Made by a program: the position numbers and the translations under genes. From Nitrospirales bacterium (GTDB lineage Bacteria > Nitrospirota > Nitrospiria > Nitrospirales > UBA8639), in contig CBDBCZ010000019.1 in assembly GCA_965203295.1 (NCBI GenBank), positions 2,304,001 to 2,368,000 of the forward strand: 64,000 bases of DNA, given 5' to 3'. The notes under the pieces are model-generated. The model was not told where the DNA came from. It ran no database searches and saw only the letters and a program-made list of their open reading frames with translations. Of this stretch, positions 51,842-62,264 are shown in pieces; position 1 is the first letter of the stretch; every line of letters begins with the position of its first letter.

Positions 51842-52387
51842 TTAGTCGTTTGATAGAACAGTGAAGCCTGTCACCGTCCGGCCGCTAAGCTTCACTTCCA
51901 TCGCCACGAGATTTTGGGCAGCGTCGGTCATCTGCTTCATTAAGCCCTTATCTTTAACCGCAAGCCTGACAGTTGTTTGGGGATTGTACCAACCAGCATA
52001 GGGGTTATTTTTTTCTTCCCCGCCTTGAAATCCCCACGCACAACACACAAATAGGGGATCAGGAATTCTTACATCCCGATCATCTGAGGCTCGCCCAAGA
52101 GGATCACCGGTTTCACCAAGGCTGGAGGTATTCCAGTACTGAATACCAAACAAAATTTCACCATCAGGATTATCAGCCCAATGGGCGAAAATCCTGCCTT
52201 TGAGGCTCGAAGGTGCGTTTGGGCCATAAGAGATGTCTCCCTGGGTAGCCACTTTATTTGTCCCCTTTGATTTGGGGTTTCCAGGAGCTGGCCCCTTTTG
52301 AGCATCAGCTGACCCGACCAAGCCAAACGTCATGACACTGACGAAAAATAGGCCAGCGAGTCCACCGTACAGAAATGATTTCCTCAT
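51842..52387 (-). CDS. Hypothetical secreted protein with vicinal Cys-Cys
   Basis: AAGGAGG RBS, signal peptide ending ADA, FVCCAWGF. Confidence 0.8.
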   Translation of the reverse strand: MRKSFLYGGLAGLFFVSVMTFGLVGSADAQKGPAPGNPKSKGTNKVATQGDISYGPNAPSSLKGRIFAHWADNPDGEILFGIQYWNTSSLGETGDPLGRASDDRDVRIPDPLFVCCAWGFQGGEEKNNPYAGWYNPQTTVRLAVKDKGLMKQMTDAAQNLVAMEVKLSGRTVTGFTVLSND

Positions 52388-52616
52388 CTGCTCCCTCCTT
52401 GACTTAGAGAATAACATAATAAAAATATGACTCCCTACAAACTCTTCAAGTAATTCAATCTACTCTAAATTCTTTTGGAATTTCACAACTCAGCGACAGT
52501 ATCTTTTATTCAAAAGGAAATCGGTACCCCACCTCCTTTCCTTACTGCCGTTGATTTTCCAAGCTACTTTTTCAGTTTTCTAAAACCTCAAAAATTGAAA
52601 CCTTCTAAGGGAGGCC

Positions 52617-52645
52617 ATGCTACTTATCCCAGAGAAAATTGTCAA
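52617..52645 (-). promoter_or_regulatory. Sigma70-type promoter for the secreted-protein pair
   Basis: TTGACA-N17-TAGCAT on minus strand. Confidence 0.6.
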
Positions 52646-52686
52646 GAGGTTTTGAGGAAAAATTACCACCCTTTATACATGAGGTC

Positions 52687-53949
52687 TCAATTAAGAAAAG
52701 TCCTCTGGGAAACAGGCCCAAGGGCAGTGATGGCCATAGGCTTGAGGTCCAAAAGGTCTCGAGACAGACGTAAAACCTGATCCATCGTCACACGGTCAAT
52801 CTCGGAAATCATTTCTCCGAGGGAAACGTGGCGCCCCTGGCTCATCTCATCTCTTGCTAATTTACTCATGCGGCCATATGTTCCCTCAAGGCCTAACATC
52901 AACGTGCCTTTCATCTGAGTTTTTGTCCTTTCCAATTCCCTTGGAGCCACTCCATTTTTTCGGAGTTTTCGAATTTCCTTCTGCACGAGATCAACCAACT
53001 GCGCGGCTTCTTTCTGCCCAGTGGCTGCATAAATCGTCAGCGTCCCCCCATCCGAAAAGCTTGATAGCTGGGAATAGATGGTATAGGCAAGTCCCCGTTT
53101 CTCACGAATTTCCTGGAACAGCCGTGAACTCACCCCTCCTCCTAAAATGGTATTGAGGATGTGAGCGGCGAATCGATCATTGTCGTTCAGAGAAATCCCT
53201 TTAAATCCAAAGCACATGTGGGTTTGTTCCAAGCGTCGAGGATGGACAAACAATCCTCCATGGAGGGTCGGAGGTCGCCTTGTAGGTTGTTCAGTCCCTG
53301 AACAATCTCCATTCCCATTTCTGGTCCATGAGGAAAAAGTCTTATCCAACAAGTGGGTCAGGTCTCGAGAATTGAAATTTCCCGCAACCGCCAGCACGAC
53401 TTTTTGGGGATGATAATGTTCTCGGACATATTGCAAGAGATCGTGGCGACTCAGGCTTTCCATGGTAGCCTGTTCACCTAAAATGGGCCGACCCAAAGGG
53501 TGTTTCCGGAGTACATCCTTCGCATGAAGTTCCTGCACTAAATCTTCGGGGTCATCCCGTACCGTCCTGATTTCTTCCAACACCACTTGCTTTTCTTTTT
53601 CGATCTCCTTTGGTGAGAAACGGGAGTGGTGAAACAAATCCGCTAAAAGATCGACAGCCTGAGAGATCTGCTGATCCAACACTTTAATATAAAACGTGGT
53701 CGATTCATGGGTGGTATACGCATTCATTTCTCCACCCAATGCGTCAATTTCGTGCGAAATTTGAGCACTTGACCGACGTTTCGTGCCTTTAAACATCATA
53801 TGTTCTAGAAAATGGGAAATCCCTTGCTGACCAACCCCTTCATCTCTCGCTCCAACATTGACCCAAATGCCAATGGCGACAGATTTTAGGGCAGACATCT
53901 TCTCCATGACCACCCGAACTCCATTGTCCAACATCACTTTTCGTATCAT
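52687..53949 (-). CDS. M16 (pitrilysin-family) zinc peptidase
   Basis: HFLEHMMFKGT, NAYT, EKQVVLEE, SSRLFQEIREKRGLAY. Confidence 0.95.
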   Translation of the reverse strand: MIRKVMLDNGVRVVMEKMSALKSVAIGIWVNVGARDEGVGQQGISHFLEHMMFKGTKRRSSAQISHEIDALGGEMNAYTTHESTTFYIKVLDQQISQAVDLLADLFHHSRFSPKEIEKEKQVVLEEIRTVRDDPEDLVQELHAKDVLRKHPLGRPILGEQATMESLSRHDLLQYVREHYHPQKVVLAVAGNFNSRDLTHLLDKTFSSWTRNGNGDCSGTEQPTRRPPTLHGGLFVHPRRLEQTHMCFGFKGISLNDNDRFAAHILNTILGGGVSSRLFQEIREKRGLAYTIYSQLSSFSDGGTLTIYAATGQKEAAQLVDLVQKEIRKLRKNGVAPRELERTKTQMKGTLMLGLEGTYGRMSKLARDEMSQGRHVSLGEMISEIDRVTMDQVLRLSRDLLDLKPMAITALGPVSQRTFLN

Positions 53950-53961
53950 GAAGTCAGACCA

Positions 53962-56064
53962 TTAAGAGACTGGGGAGGTTCCTTCAGCCTCAGCCATTGC
54001 TTCTCTCCGGCTCAATCGAATTTTGCCTTGCCTGTCAATTTCCAAGACCTTAACAAGGACCTGTTCTCCTTCGCTCAGCTCATCCGTAACTAATTTGACA
54101 CGATGATGGGCAAGCTGCGAGATATGAAGAAGTCCATCAAGGTTCGGAAGAATCTCCACAAATGCCCCAAAGTCCACGATTTTCTTGACCGTGCCATTAT
54201 AAATTTTTCCGACCTCAACTTCTTCAGTCAGTCGGTTAATCATGTCTATTGCGCGTTGCGCAGACGCTTCATCCTGTGACGCGATGGTCACCAGTCCTGA
54301 ATCGTCAACATTCACCTTCACACCACATTCGGCAATGATACCTCTTATCACCTTTCCACCAGGGCCAATGACATCCCTTATTTTGTCCTGTTTTATTTGA
54401 AGGTTATAAATCCTGGGCGCGTATGGTGCCAAGTTCGGACGTGGAGTAGCTAACGATTCCAACATTTTATCAAGAATATACAAGCGACCGACTCGTGCTT
54501 GTTCAAGTGCCTGCTGCATGAGATTGGTCGTAATTCCCTGAATTTTGATATCCATTTGGAGGGCTGTCACACCATTTTTGGACCCGGTTACTTTGAAGTC
54601 CATATCGCCCAGATGATCCTCCAACCCCAAAATATCCGATAAGATCAACACTCGATCTTTTTCCTTAATCAAGCCCATTGCAATTCCGGCTATGGGTTCC
54701 TTGATCGGGACTCCCGCATCCATTAAGGCAAGCGAACCTCCACATACGGTGGCCATTGATGAAGATCCATTAGACTCTAAAATGTCTGAAACAATTCGGA
54801 TGGTGTAGGGGAAGGTTTCCTTTGTGGGAATGACAGACTTGAGAGCACGTTCAGCTAATTTTCCATGCCCGACTTCCCTCCTACCAGGGTTACGAAGAGG
54901 CCTGGCTTCTCCTACACTAAAAGGAGGAAAGTTATAATGGAGCATAAATGTACGAAAATACTCTCCCTCAAGTGCGTCAATTCGTTGTTCATCATCGGTC
55001 GTTCCCAAAGTCACAACAGCAAGGCTTTGAGTCTCCCCTCTCGTAAATAAGGCCGAGCCATGGGTGCGAGGCAGCACTGCCGTTTCACAGATGATAGAAC
55101 GAATATCAGATGGACCACGTCCATCTGCCCGAACCCTACGCTGCAAGATCATATCCCGCACTTCACTATATTCCAGTGAATGATAAACCTCCTTCACCTG
55201 TCGGGTACGTTGGGCATCTTCCCCGGCAATATGTTCTATGGCCCCCTGAGCAATCGCATCTAGACGTTCTTGACGCGCTATTTTGTTTGGAATAAGGATA
55301 GCTTCACGTATCTGACTGGCAACCTGCTGTTTGACCTCATTGACTAATTCCTCGCTAATCGGCTCAACTTCCACAACCCGTTTTTCTCGCCCTGCCAATT
55401 TCTGAAGTTCCGATATTTTGGCCGTAATGAGTTTGATCTCCCGATGGGCCAATTCCAATGCCTCAAGCATGACCGTCTCCGGTAAACCATTCGCACCAGC
55501 CTCAACCATCATAATGGCTTCTGGCGTCCCAGCGACCGCAAGGTCCAAATCACTTTTCCCAAGGGTTTCAAGGTCAGGATTGACCACAAACTCTCCATTG
55601 ACTCGCCCAATCTTGATTCCAGCAAGAGGCCCCAGAAACGGAATATCAGAAATGGCCAAGGCCGCTGAGGCAGCGGTGATTCCCACAATATCAGAGGTCA
55701 TCGTTTGATCCACTGACAGAACCGAAACGATAACTTGGGTTTCATAATAAAACCCTTTAGGAATTAATGGACGAATAGGTCTGTCGATCAGACGGCTGGT
55801 CAAAACTTCCTTCTCAGAGGGAGCCCCTTCTCGTCTAAAAAAACCCCCTGGGATTTTTCCAGCCGCATACGCCTTTTCCTGATAATTCATGGTGAGTGGG
55901 AGAAAATCCGTATCCGGTTTTAATGTTTGGGAGGCGACAGCTGTCGCCAATACCACCGTGTCCCCGTAAGAGGCCAACACAGATCCACTGGCCTGTTTCG
56001 CCATTCTCCCAGTTTCAAGCCGTAAGGGTCGTCCCGCAACTTCTAGTTCAACCGTATGCACCAT
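53962..56064 (-). CDS. pnp: Polyribonucleotide nucleotidyltransferase
   Basis: GGFFRREG, RLIDRPIRP, FTRGETQ, SNGSSSMA, KH and S1 domains. Confidence 0.97.
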   Translation of the reverse strand: MVHTVELEVAGRPLRLETGRMAKQASGSVLASYGDTVVLATAVASQTLKPDTDFLPLTMNYQEKAYAAGKIPGGFFRREGAPSEKEVLTSRLIDRPIRPLIPKGFYYETQVIVSVLSVDQTMTSDIVGITAASAALAISDIPFLGPLAGIKIGRVNGEFVVNPDLETLGKSDLDLAVAGTPEAIMMVEAGANGLPETVMLEALELAHREIKLITAKISELQKLAGREKRVVEVEPISEELVNEVKQQVASQIREAILIPNKIARQERLDAIAQGAIEHIAGEDAQRTRQVKEVYHSLEYSEVRDMILQRRVRADGRGPSDIRSIICETAVLPRTHGSALFTRGETQSLAVVTLGTTDDEQRIDALEGEYFRTFMLHYNFPPFSVGEARPLRNPGRREVGHGKLAERALKSVIPTKETFPYTIRIVSDILESNGSSSMATVCGGSLALMDAGVPIKEPIAGIAMGLIKEKDRVLILSDILGLEDHLGDMDFKVTGSKNGVTALQMDIKIQGITTNLMQQALEQARVGRLYILDKMLESLATPRPNLAPYAPRIYNLQIKQDKIRDVIGPGGKVIRGIIAECGVKVNVDDSGLVTIASQDEASAQRAIDMINRLTEEVEVGKIYNGTVKKIVDFGAFVEILPNLDGLLHISQLAHHRVKLVTDELSEGEQVLVKVLEIDRQGKIRLSRREAMAEAEGTSPVS

Positions 56065-56212
56065 GATCATTCATTCCCTTCTCTAATGCTTTACCTTAGT
56101 ATCCCATGCTCTCTGCAAGATTTCCCCACCGCCTTGCCCCGCCATGAGGGAAGCCCATGGTGGATACCCTTGTTCCACTCCCATTCAGAAAATAGGACTC
56201 CTAGACAACCAA

Positions 56213-56482
56213 CTATTTCCTCAACCCCAAGAACGCTAACAAAGCTCGATATTTGTCACCATCTACGCGATGTATGTAATTTAACAATCGCCGCCGTTTA
56301 CTCACCATATTTAAGAGACCATGCCGTGAATGATGATCTTTCTTGTGTGTTTTAAAATGCTCGGTCAAATAATTGATGCGGTTCGTGAGGACGGCAATCT
56401 GAATCTCTGAAGAACCCGTATCATGGTCATGGTGCCCATGCTGTTTAATGATTTCGTGCTTGGCTTCTTTGATTAACGCCAT
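56213..56482 (-). CDS. rpsO: 30S ribosomal protein S15
   Basis: [30 protein letters not shown]; 89 aa. Confidence 0.97.
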   Translation of the reverse strand: MALIKEAKHEIIKQHGHHDHDTGSSEIQIAVLTNRINYLTEHFKTHKKDHHSRHGLLNMVSKRRRLLNYIHRVDGDKYRALLAFLGLRK

Positions 56483-56587
56483 GTCACTCCCCCTTTCCTT
56501 ACCTTCAGACAAGATCGATGTTCTACATTCAGCATTTCAGAAAACTTGGTTGCATTATCCTTTGTCACAAACAGATAGCTCCATACT

Positions 56588-57604
56588 CTACATTGACATG
56601 GACGCGCTCAAACGCACTTGGTTGGTCAACACTTTCGTGACTGCCAATCGCGGTGAAAGCTGATGGGCTTTTATGTCTTTTTGGATTTGCCCGAGTCCCA
56701 AAAGCTGCCCATTTCCATCTTTCACCCGAACAACGACCCCTTGTTCTAACTCAAATTTGTGATCGTGCTCAGGCTGCGAAATCACGGACAACGGTAACGG
56801 TACGCCATTCAAGACTTTTTCACGATCTTCAACTCGAACAGAGACGAAAGGCAAATCCTGTAGAGCTTGATCAATATTTAAAAAGGCCGACGTCGTTCGA
56901 GGATCTAACCCCTTATTGAAATCTTCTAATGAGTTGGCTTGATCAATAATAAAGGGGCCAACCCGAGTCCGTTCAAGGCGTAAAAGATGCCCTCCTACAC
57001 CCAGCTTTTGTCCAATATCAGCACACAAGGTGCGAATATAGGTCCCCTTTGAGCAGACAACTTTCATATGAACGTGGGGACCTTGGATGCTATGGACTTC
57101 AATATGATGGATTCGGACCTGACGGGCTTGTCGAACGACTTCCCGCTCTTCTCGTGCAGCTTTGTAAAGGGGCTTTCCCCCAACTTTGACCGCCGAAAAC
57201 ATTGGGGGGATTTGTTGAATGGTCCCTTGAAATTCTGCCACAACTTGTCGAACAACGTTTTCATCCAACTGTTCGACAGAAGATTCTTTTACAAGAATTC
57301 CAGTGGCATCCTGAGTATTGGTTTCTTGGCCAAGAACAAGAACGGCCTCGTACTCCTTATCCCAATTTGTGAGAAATTCTGAAATCCTGGTTGCCTTTCC
57401 TAACAGGATAGGAAGGACCCCAGTCGCTGCAGGGTCAAGTGTTCCTGCATGGCCTATTTTTTTTATCCGCAACAGGTGTCGAAGCTTCGCGACAACGTCA
57501 TGGGACGTCCATCCTGCCGGTTTCACGACATTCAACACCCCATCCCATTGGTCATGAATTGGTGAGTCAGTGGATGGGTGAGCGAGCTGCATGAGCGTTT
57601 CCAT
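56588..57604 (-). CDS. truB: tRNA pseudouridine(55) synthase
   Basis: TSHDVV, GHAGTLDP, PPMFSAVK, CSKGTYIRTL. Confidence 0.96.
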   Translation of the reverse strand: METLMQLAHPSTDSPIHDQWDGVLNVVKPAGWTSHDVVAKLRHLLRIKKIGHAGTLDPAATGVLPILLGKATRISEFLTNWDKEYEAVLVLGQETNTQDATGILVKESSVEQLDENVVRQVVAEFQGTIQQIPPMFSAVKVGGKPLYKAAREEREVVRQARQVRIHHIEVHSIQGPHVHMKVVCSKGTYIRTLCADIGQKLGVGGHLLRLERTRVGPFIIDQANSLEDFNKGLDPRTTSAFLNIDQALQDLPFVSVRVEDREKVLNGVPLPLSVISQPEHDHKFELEQGVVVRVKDGNGQLLGLGQIQKDIKAHQLSPRLAVTKVLTNQVRLSASMSM

Positions 57605-57656
57605 TATGCCTTACTGCGCCCTTAACACTTCAGCCCCACCATCCGTATTCCCCTCT

Positions 57657-58013
57657 TTAATTTCCAAGGTTCAACTGATCGAGCAATTGATCGATTCTCG
57701 CACCCTGAAGGCCAGAAGAGTCCCAACAGAAGGTCACATCAGGGGTATACTTCAAACCCAAGCGACGTCCTAATTCTCCTCTAATGAAACCCACAGCACG
57801 TTGCAATCCCTCAAAAACCTGCTGTTTAGCATCACCCTCTTGAAGAGTCGTGACCAAAACATTCGCGATTCGAAGGTCACCGCTGAGCCTCACGTCTGTC
57901 ACTGTCACCATTGCTAGACGAGGATCCTTTGATTTCCTTGCTAGGATATCGGCCACTTCCATTTGAATCTGGTCAGCAACCCGTTCTGCGCGTTTATAAG
58001 TAGGCCTTGCCAT
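57657..58013 (-). CDS. rbfA: Ribosome-binding factor A
   Basis: RAERVADQI, KDPRL..VTVTDV, GFIRGELG, YTPDV. Confidence 0.93.
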   Translation of the reverse strand: MARPTYKRAERVADQIQMEVADILARKSKDPRLAMVTVTDVRLSGDLRIANVLVTTLQEGDAKQQVFEGLQRAVGFIRGELGRRLGLKYTPDVTFCWDSSGLQGARIDQLLDQLNLGN

Positions 58014-58044
58014 GCCAAAGACCTCCAGTTTCGTGGAACCGGAA

Positions 58045-58076
58045 CAATTAGAGTAATTCAATTAGAGTAATTCAAT
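58045..58076. repeat. 14-bp perfect tandem duplication
   Basis: CAATTAGAGTAATT x2 plus CAAT. Confidence 0.9.
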
Positions 58077-58343
58077 GTGAGAACGAACCAGTTTCAGTGT
58101 CGGGTTTGATCGAATCACATTTAAGACCTGATCCAATACCCCGTTCACGTGACGACCGTCATTAGAAAAACACGCAATTCCTAAAACCGACTTTTGCCAT
58201 AAATCCTGATCTCCGACTTCTGCAACCGAGACATTAAATTTCTGGCATAGACGGGCCTTCAGACTCGAGAGGACTTGGCGTTTGGCCTTTAACGAATGTC
58301 CGTCCGGGAGAAAGAGTTCAGCCGTGCAGACCCCAACAACCAT
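58062..58343 (-). CDS. DUF503 (YlxP) family protein
   Basis: SLKAKRQV, KFNVSVAEV..QDLWQ. Confidence 0.9.
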   Translation of the reverse strand: MVVGVCTAELFLPDGHSLKAKRQVLSSLKARLCQKFNVSVAEVGDQDLWQKSVLGIACFSNDGRHVNGVLDQVLNVIRSNPTLKLVRSHIELL

Positions 58344-58385
58344 ACCGTTTGTTGCTAGCGAGAGACCGAGGAAACCCGCGACAAC

Positions 58386-60974
58386 TCATAAGCGAGTGGC
58401 TTCCTTATCGTGAACATAGACTTCAATAACATCGCCAATTTTTATATCGTTAAAGTTCTCAATTCCGATCCCACACTCATATCCTTGCTGGACTTCTCGA
58501 ACGTCGTCTTTAAAACGACGCAACGAATCCACTTTTCCTTCATAGACCATCACATGATCTCGAAGAACCCGCACGCCTTCACTGGCACGGGCAATAACCC
58601 CATCTGTCACATAACACCCCGCAATCGCTCCTATCCTTGGAATCGTGAAGACCTGACGAACTTCGGCTCGCCCCAGAACGCGTTCAGTGATTGTGGGCTC
58701 CAGCAATCCTTCGGCCGCAGCTTTGATATCCGCAATCATGTTATAGATGACGGTATAGAGACGAATGCTGACTCCCTCACGTTCGGCGAGAGCCGAGGCT
58801 TTTGGCTCAGGTCTCACATGGAACCCAATGATAATGGCTCCAGAGGCTGAGGCTAAAAGAATATCCGACTCGGTGATTCCACCCACTCCACTGTGCAGCA
58901 CTTGGATTTTGACCGTTGAGGAGGAAATCTTCGTAAGGGCTTCACATATCGCACCAACTGACCCATGGACATCAGCCTTGACCACAAGGGATAACTCTTT
59001 GAATTCGGTCCGCTCCCCTTGCAAATACAAATCATCCAACGTGAGGCGGGTTGCGCTCGCCCCCAGCTCAGCGGTTCGCTGTTTATGTCTGCGAGCCTCC
59101 GCAATGTCGCGTGCAGCTCGTTCGTCTTTAACGGCAACAAACAAATCTCCTGCCGCCGGCATATCCAACAATCCAACTACCTCAACAGGCGTGGACGGGT
59201 CAGCCTCTTGTACCCTGGTTCCATCATGAGAGACCAGAGCCCTGACTCGACCGCTAACCGTCCCTACCACAAAGGTAGCCCCCACACGAAGAATTCCACC
59301 TTGCACCAAGATCGTCGCCACAGGTCCTCGGCCTCGATCCAACTTAGCTTCCAACACAATTCCTCTTGCAGATTGAGCCACATCGGCTTTCAATTCTAAT
59401 ACTTCCGCCTGGAGGAGAATCATATCCAGAAGAACATCAAGCCCTGTTTGTTGCTTTGCTGAGACCTCTACGTAAATGGTTTGTCCACCCCAGGATTCAG
59501 GAATCAGACCATGTTCGGATAACTCCTGCTTGACACGATCCGGGTGCGCCCCAGGCATATCCATCTTGTTGATGGCGACAATAATAGGAACGTTGCCGGC
59601 TTTGGCATGATTCGCGGCCTCAATGGTTTGAGGCATCACACCATCGTCAGCCGCCACGACTAAGACCACAATGTCCGTGGCCTGAGCTCCTCTCGCTCTC
59701 ATAGCGGTAAAAGCCTCGTGACCAGGAGTATCTAAAAACGTGATTCGCTTATCGCCCACGTTTACGGAATAAGCACCAATATGTTGGGTGATCCCGCCAG
59801 CTTCCCGTTCAGTCACTCGACTTTTTCGAATCGCATCTAACAGTGTCGTTTTCCCATGGTCTACGTGACCCATGATGGTCACCACGGAAGATCGAGGAAT
59901 CATGATTTGTTCCCCAGTGGACTCGAGTATTTCTTCCAGAAGGGCATCTCCCTCTTTTTCTTGAGAAATTTCAACATTGATCCCAAAGCCTTCGGCTATT
60001 AAAGCCCCCGCATCTAAATTCATTGGCTGATTTAAGGAAAGAGGAAGACCTACCTCCATTAATTTTCGTATGACTTCAGCGGGACGTTGGCTTATCAATT
60101 CCGCAAATTCTTTTACCGTCACGCCTGAGGCAATCTTGATGGTCTTTTTTCGGGGTTGGGTAACCTTCCCAGTGAAACTGGGTTGGACATGGCGAGAGCG
60201 TTCCTCTCGTCGTAGCGTCGGAAGGGGCCTGAGATCTTGCCATCTCGCAGCATCTTCATACCGGGCAGCAAACAGGTCTTCATTTTCCTTCCTCCCTGGC
60301 TTTCGAACCTTTTTAATTTTTTCTTCTTTCTCTAACGCAGCCCCTCCTTCATGCCTATCATGTTGGGATTTACCCCCTTCACTAGAAGCCTCTCCAGGTT
60401 TTGACTCCGATACTCCCTCAGATACAGAGGGAGCAATGGTTATGCCAGGGGGAAGAGCCGCGATTTCAGCACTCTCAGTCACTTCTGGAATGATGGGAGG
60501 TTCAGCAGTTTCTACGGGCATGACGGGAGATGGTTCCGGGCTTGAAGAGATGGGGGCAGTTTCCATCTCGCTAGGGATAACAGGAGGTTCACTAACTGGG
60601 ACTTCCTCTTCCTTCTTCCGCTTAAAAAGGATACGTTTCTTTTCTGGTTTGGGAGGCGCCTCAACCTCCGCAACGGAACTCCCCCGACCTGTTCCTTTAT
60701 GACTATCTCGGCTCTTCGTCGCCCGGCTGAGAGTTTTCGAGGGAGACTTCTTCTCTCTCACTTGGCTCCGTGAACTTTTTGATATGGATGGGTGCACGTC
60801 CTCGTGCTTCCCCTGAAGGGCGCGTGTGGCTTTCTGGACATCGGCTTCATCCAAGGCGTTACTGTGAGATGTCACTTCAATGCCGAGTCGAACCAATTCT
60901 GGAATAAGTTTGCGACTCTCTACCCCAAGCTTTTTGGCTAATTCATGTACTCTCATAATTGAAGTCACGCTCAC
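58386..60974 (-). CDS. infB: Translation initiation factor IF-2
   Basis: MRVHELAKKLG, MGHVDHGKT, DTPGHEAF, NKMD, ECGIG. Confidence 0.97.
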   Translation of the reverse strand: MSVTSIMRVHELAKKLGVESRKLIPELVRLGIEVTSHSNALDEADVQKATRALQGKHEDVHPSISKSSRSQVREKKSPSKTLSRATKSRDSHKGTGRGSSVAEVEAPPKPEKKRILFKRKKEEEVPVSEPPVIPSEMETAPISSSPEPSPVMPVETAEPPIIPEVTESAEIAALPPGITIAPSVSEGVSESKPGEASSEGGKSQHDRHEGGAALEKEEKIKKVRKPGRKENEDLFAARYEDAARWQDLRPLPTLRREERSRHVQPSFTGKVTQPRKKTIKIASGVTVKEFAELISQRPAEVIRKLMEVGLPLSLNQPMNLDAGALIAEGFGINVEISQEKEGDALLEEILESTGEQIMIPRSSVVTIMGHVDHGKTTLLDAIRKSRVTEREAGGITQHIGAYSVNVGDKRITFLDTPGHEAFTAMRARGAQATDIVVLVVAADDGVMPQTIEAANHAKAGNVPIIVAINKMDMPGAHPDRVKQELSEHGLIPESWGGQTIYVEVSAKQQTGLDVLLDMILLQAEVLELKADVAQSARGIVLEAKLDRGRGPVATILVQGGILRVGATFVVGTVSGRVRALVSHDGTRVQEADPSTPVEVVGLLDMPAAGDLFVAVKDERAARDIAEARRHKQRTAELGASATRLTLDDLYLQGERTEFKELSLVVKADVHGSVGAICEALTKISSSTVKIQVLHSGVGGITESDILLASASGAIIIGFHVRPEPKASALAEREGVSIRLYTVIYNMIADIKAAAEGLLEPTITERVLGRAEVRQVFTIPRIGAIAGCYVTDGVIARASEGVRVLRDHVMVYEGKVDSLRRFKDDVREVQQGYECGIGIENFNDIKIGDVIEVYVHDKEATRL

Positions 60975-62185
60975 GATGTCGACTCGGTAGGTTCCAAAGA
61001 ACTCTCTTGATCTCCCCCTTCAGGACTCTCTAACACTTGGGACACCACCTCAGAAGAACTTTCGGTCTCTTGCCCTGGTTCTTGTTCTAACTGGGCCGCA
61101 GCCTCTTCGGCCAAGGCTGCCTTAATGTCACGTTCCCGTTCCATTTTTTCCTTTTCGTATTCGGAGGCGCTAATTATATCAATTTTCCATCCTGTCAGTT
61201 TGGCGGCCAACCGCACATTTTGACCATTTTTCCCAATAGCCAAGGATAACTGAGAATCCGCGACCACCACCAAGGCCGCTTTCTTTTGTTCATCGATTCC
61301 CACTTTTTCAATCGATGCTGGATTCAAGGCTTCCCCAATAAAGACCCGAGGGTCACTTGTCCACGGAATGATATCAATTTTTTCTCCTCGAAGTTCACGA
61401 ACGATAGCTTGGACTCGGGACCCTTTGATGCCAACACAGGCTCCAACCGGATCAACCGCCTTATCGCGTGAAGCAACCGCGATTTTCGTGCGATCACCAG
61501 GTTCTCGCATCACCCCTTTTATCTCAACTATTTTTTCGGTAACCTCTGGCATTTCCAATTGAAAAAGTTTCACGACAAACTGAGGATGTGCCCGTGACAA
61601 GATCACTTGAACATCCTTGGCCGAACGGCGCACTTCCAAGAGATAGGCTCGAATTCGATCTCCCCTCCGATGCGTCTCACGGGGAATTTGTTCATGAACT
61701 GGTAGAATGGCTTCGGTCTTGCCAATTTCAACGATGTAATTACGCCGTTCTTGGCCTAAAATGACCCCATGAACAAGTTCGCCTTCTCGCTTAGAATACT
61801 CCTGCTCGACCGCTTCCCACTCGGCTTCCCGCACTTTCTGACAAATCACTTGCTTCGCAGCTTTGGCGGCAATCCTTCCGAATTCTTCCATCTCAATGAC
61901 CGAACCAATCTCATCACCTGCTTCAGCCTCGGTATCGATGAGCCTGGCTTCTTCCAATGAAATTTGAGTCTTCGTGTCGGTCACCGTATCAGCAATGGTT
62001 TTGAGGGAGACAATAGATATCTCTCCCGTTTGATGATCAAACTGTACGTGAATGTTTTCATTATTCCCGTATCGCTTCTTTGCCGCAGTCAATAAAGCAG
62101 ATTCCACCGCAGCAAAAACACGCTCCTTCACGATACCCTTTTCCCGTCCAAGCTGCTCAATAACCGCCATGAGCTCTTGCTTCAT
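60971..62185 (-). CDS. nusA: Transcription factor NusA
   Basis: FGRIAA, REPGDRTKIAV, GACVG..GSRV, AIGKNGQNVRLA; ATG at 62185 after AGGAG. Confidence 0.96.
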   Translation of the reverse strand: MKQELMAVIEQLGREKGIVKERVFAAVESALLTAAKKRYGNNENIHVQFDHQTGEISIVSLKTIADTVTDTKTQISLEEARLIDTEAEAGDEIGSVIEMEEFGRIAAKAAKQVICQKVREAEWEAVEQEYSKREGELVHGVILGQERRNYIVEIGKTEAILPVHEQIPRETHRRGDRIRAYLLEVRRSAKDVQVILSRAHPQFVVKLFQLEMPEVTEKIVEIKGVMREPGDRTKIAVASRDKAVDPVGACVGIKGSRVQAIVRELRGEKIDIIPWTSDPRVFIGEALNPASIEKVGIDEQKKAALVVVADSQLSLAIGKNGQNVRLAAKLTGWKIDIISASEYEKEKMERERDIKAALAEEAAAQLEQEPGQETESSSEVVSQVLESPEGGDQESSLEPTESTS

Positions 62186-62264
62186 AATTCTTCTCCTCCC
62201 ACAACCACTTGACTCGGACCTGTCAACTCTCAAGGCATACTTTCTAAAAACATGGTTCAGGTCT

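Noticed and set aside
56139..56163. Hairpin in the rpsO-pnp spacer as an RNase III autoregulatory site
   Set aside because: Plausible by analogy but short, with a mismatch on the transcribed strand; not enough support
60070..60702. 210-aa antisense ORF in infB and other long antisense ORFs
   Set aside because: Shadow frames of well-supported genes with no independent signals
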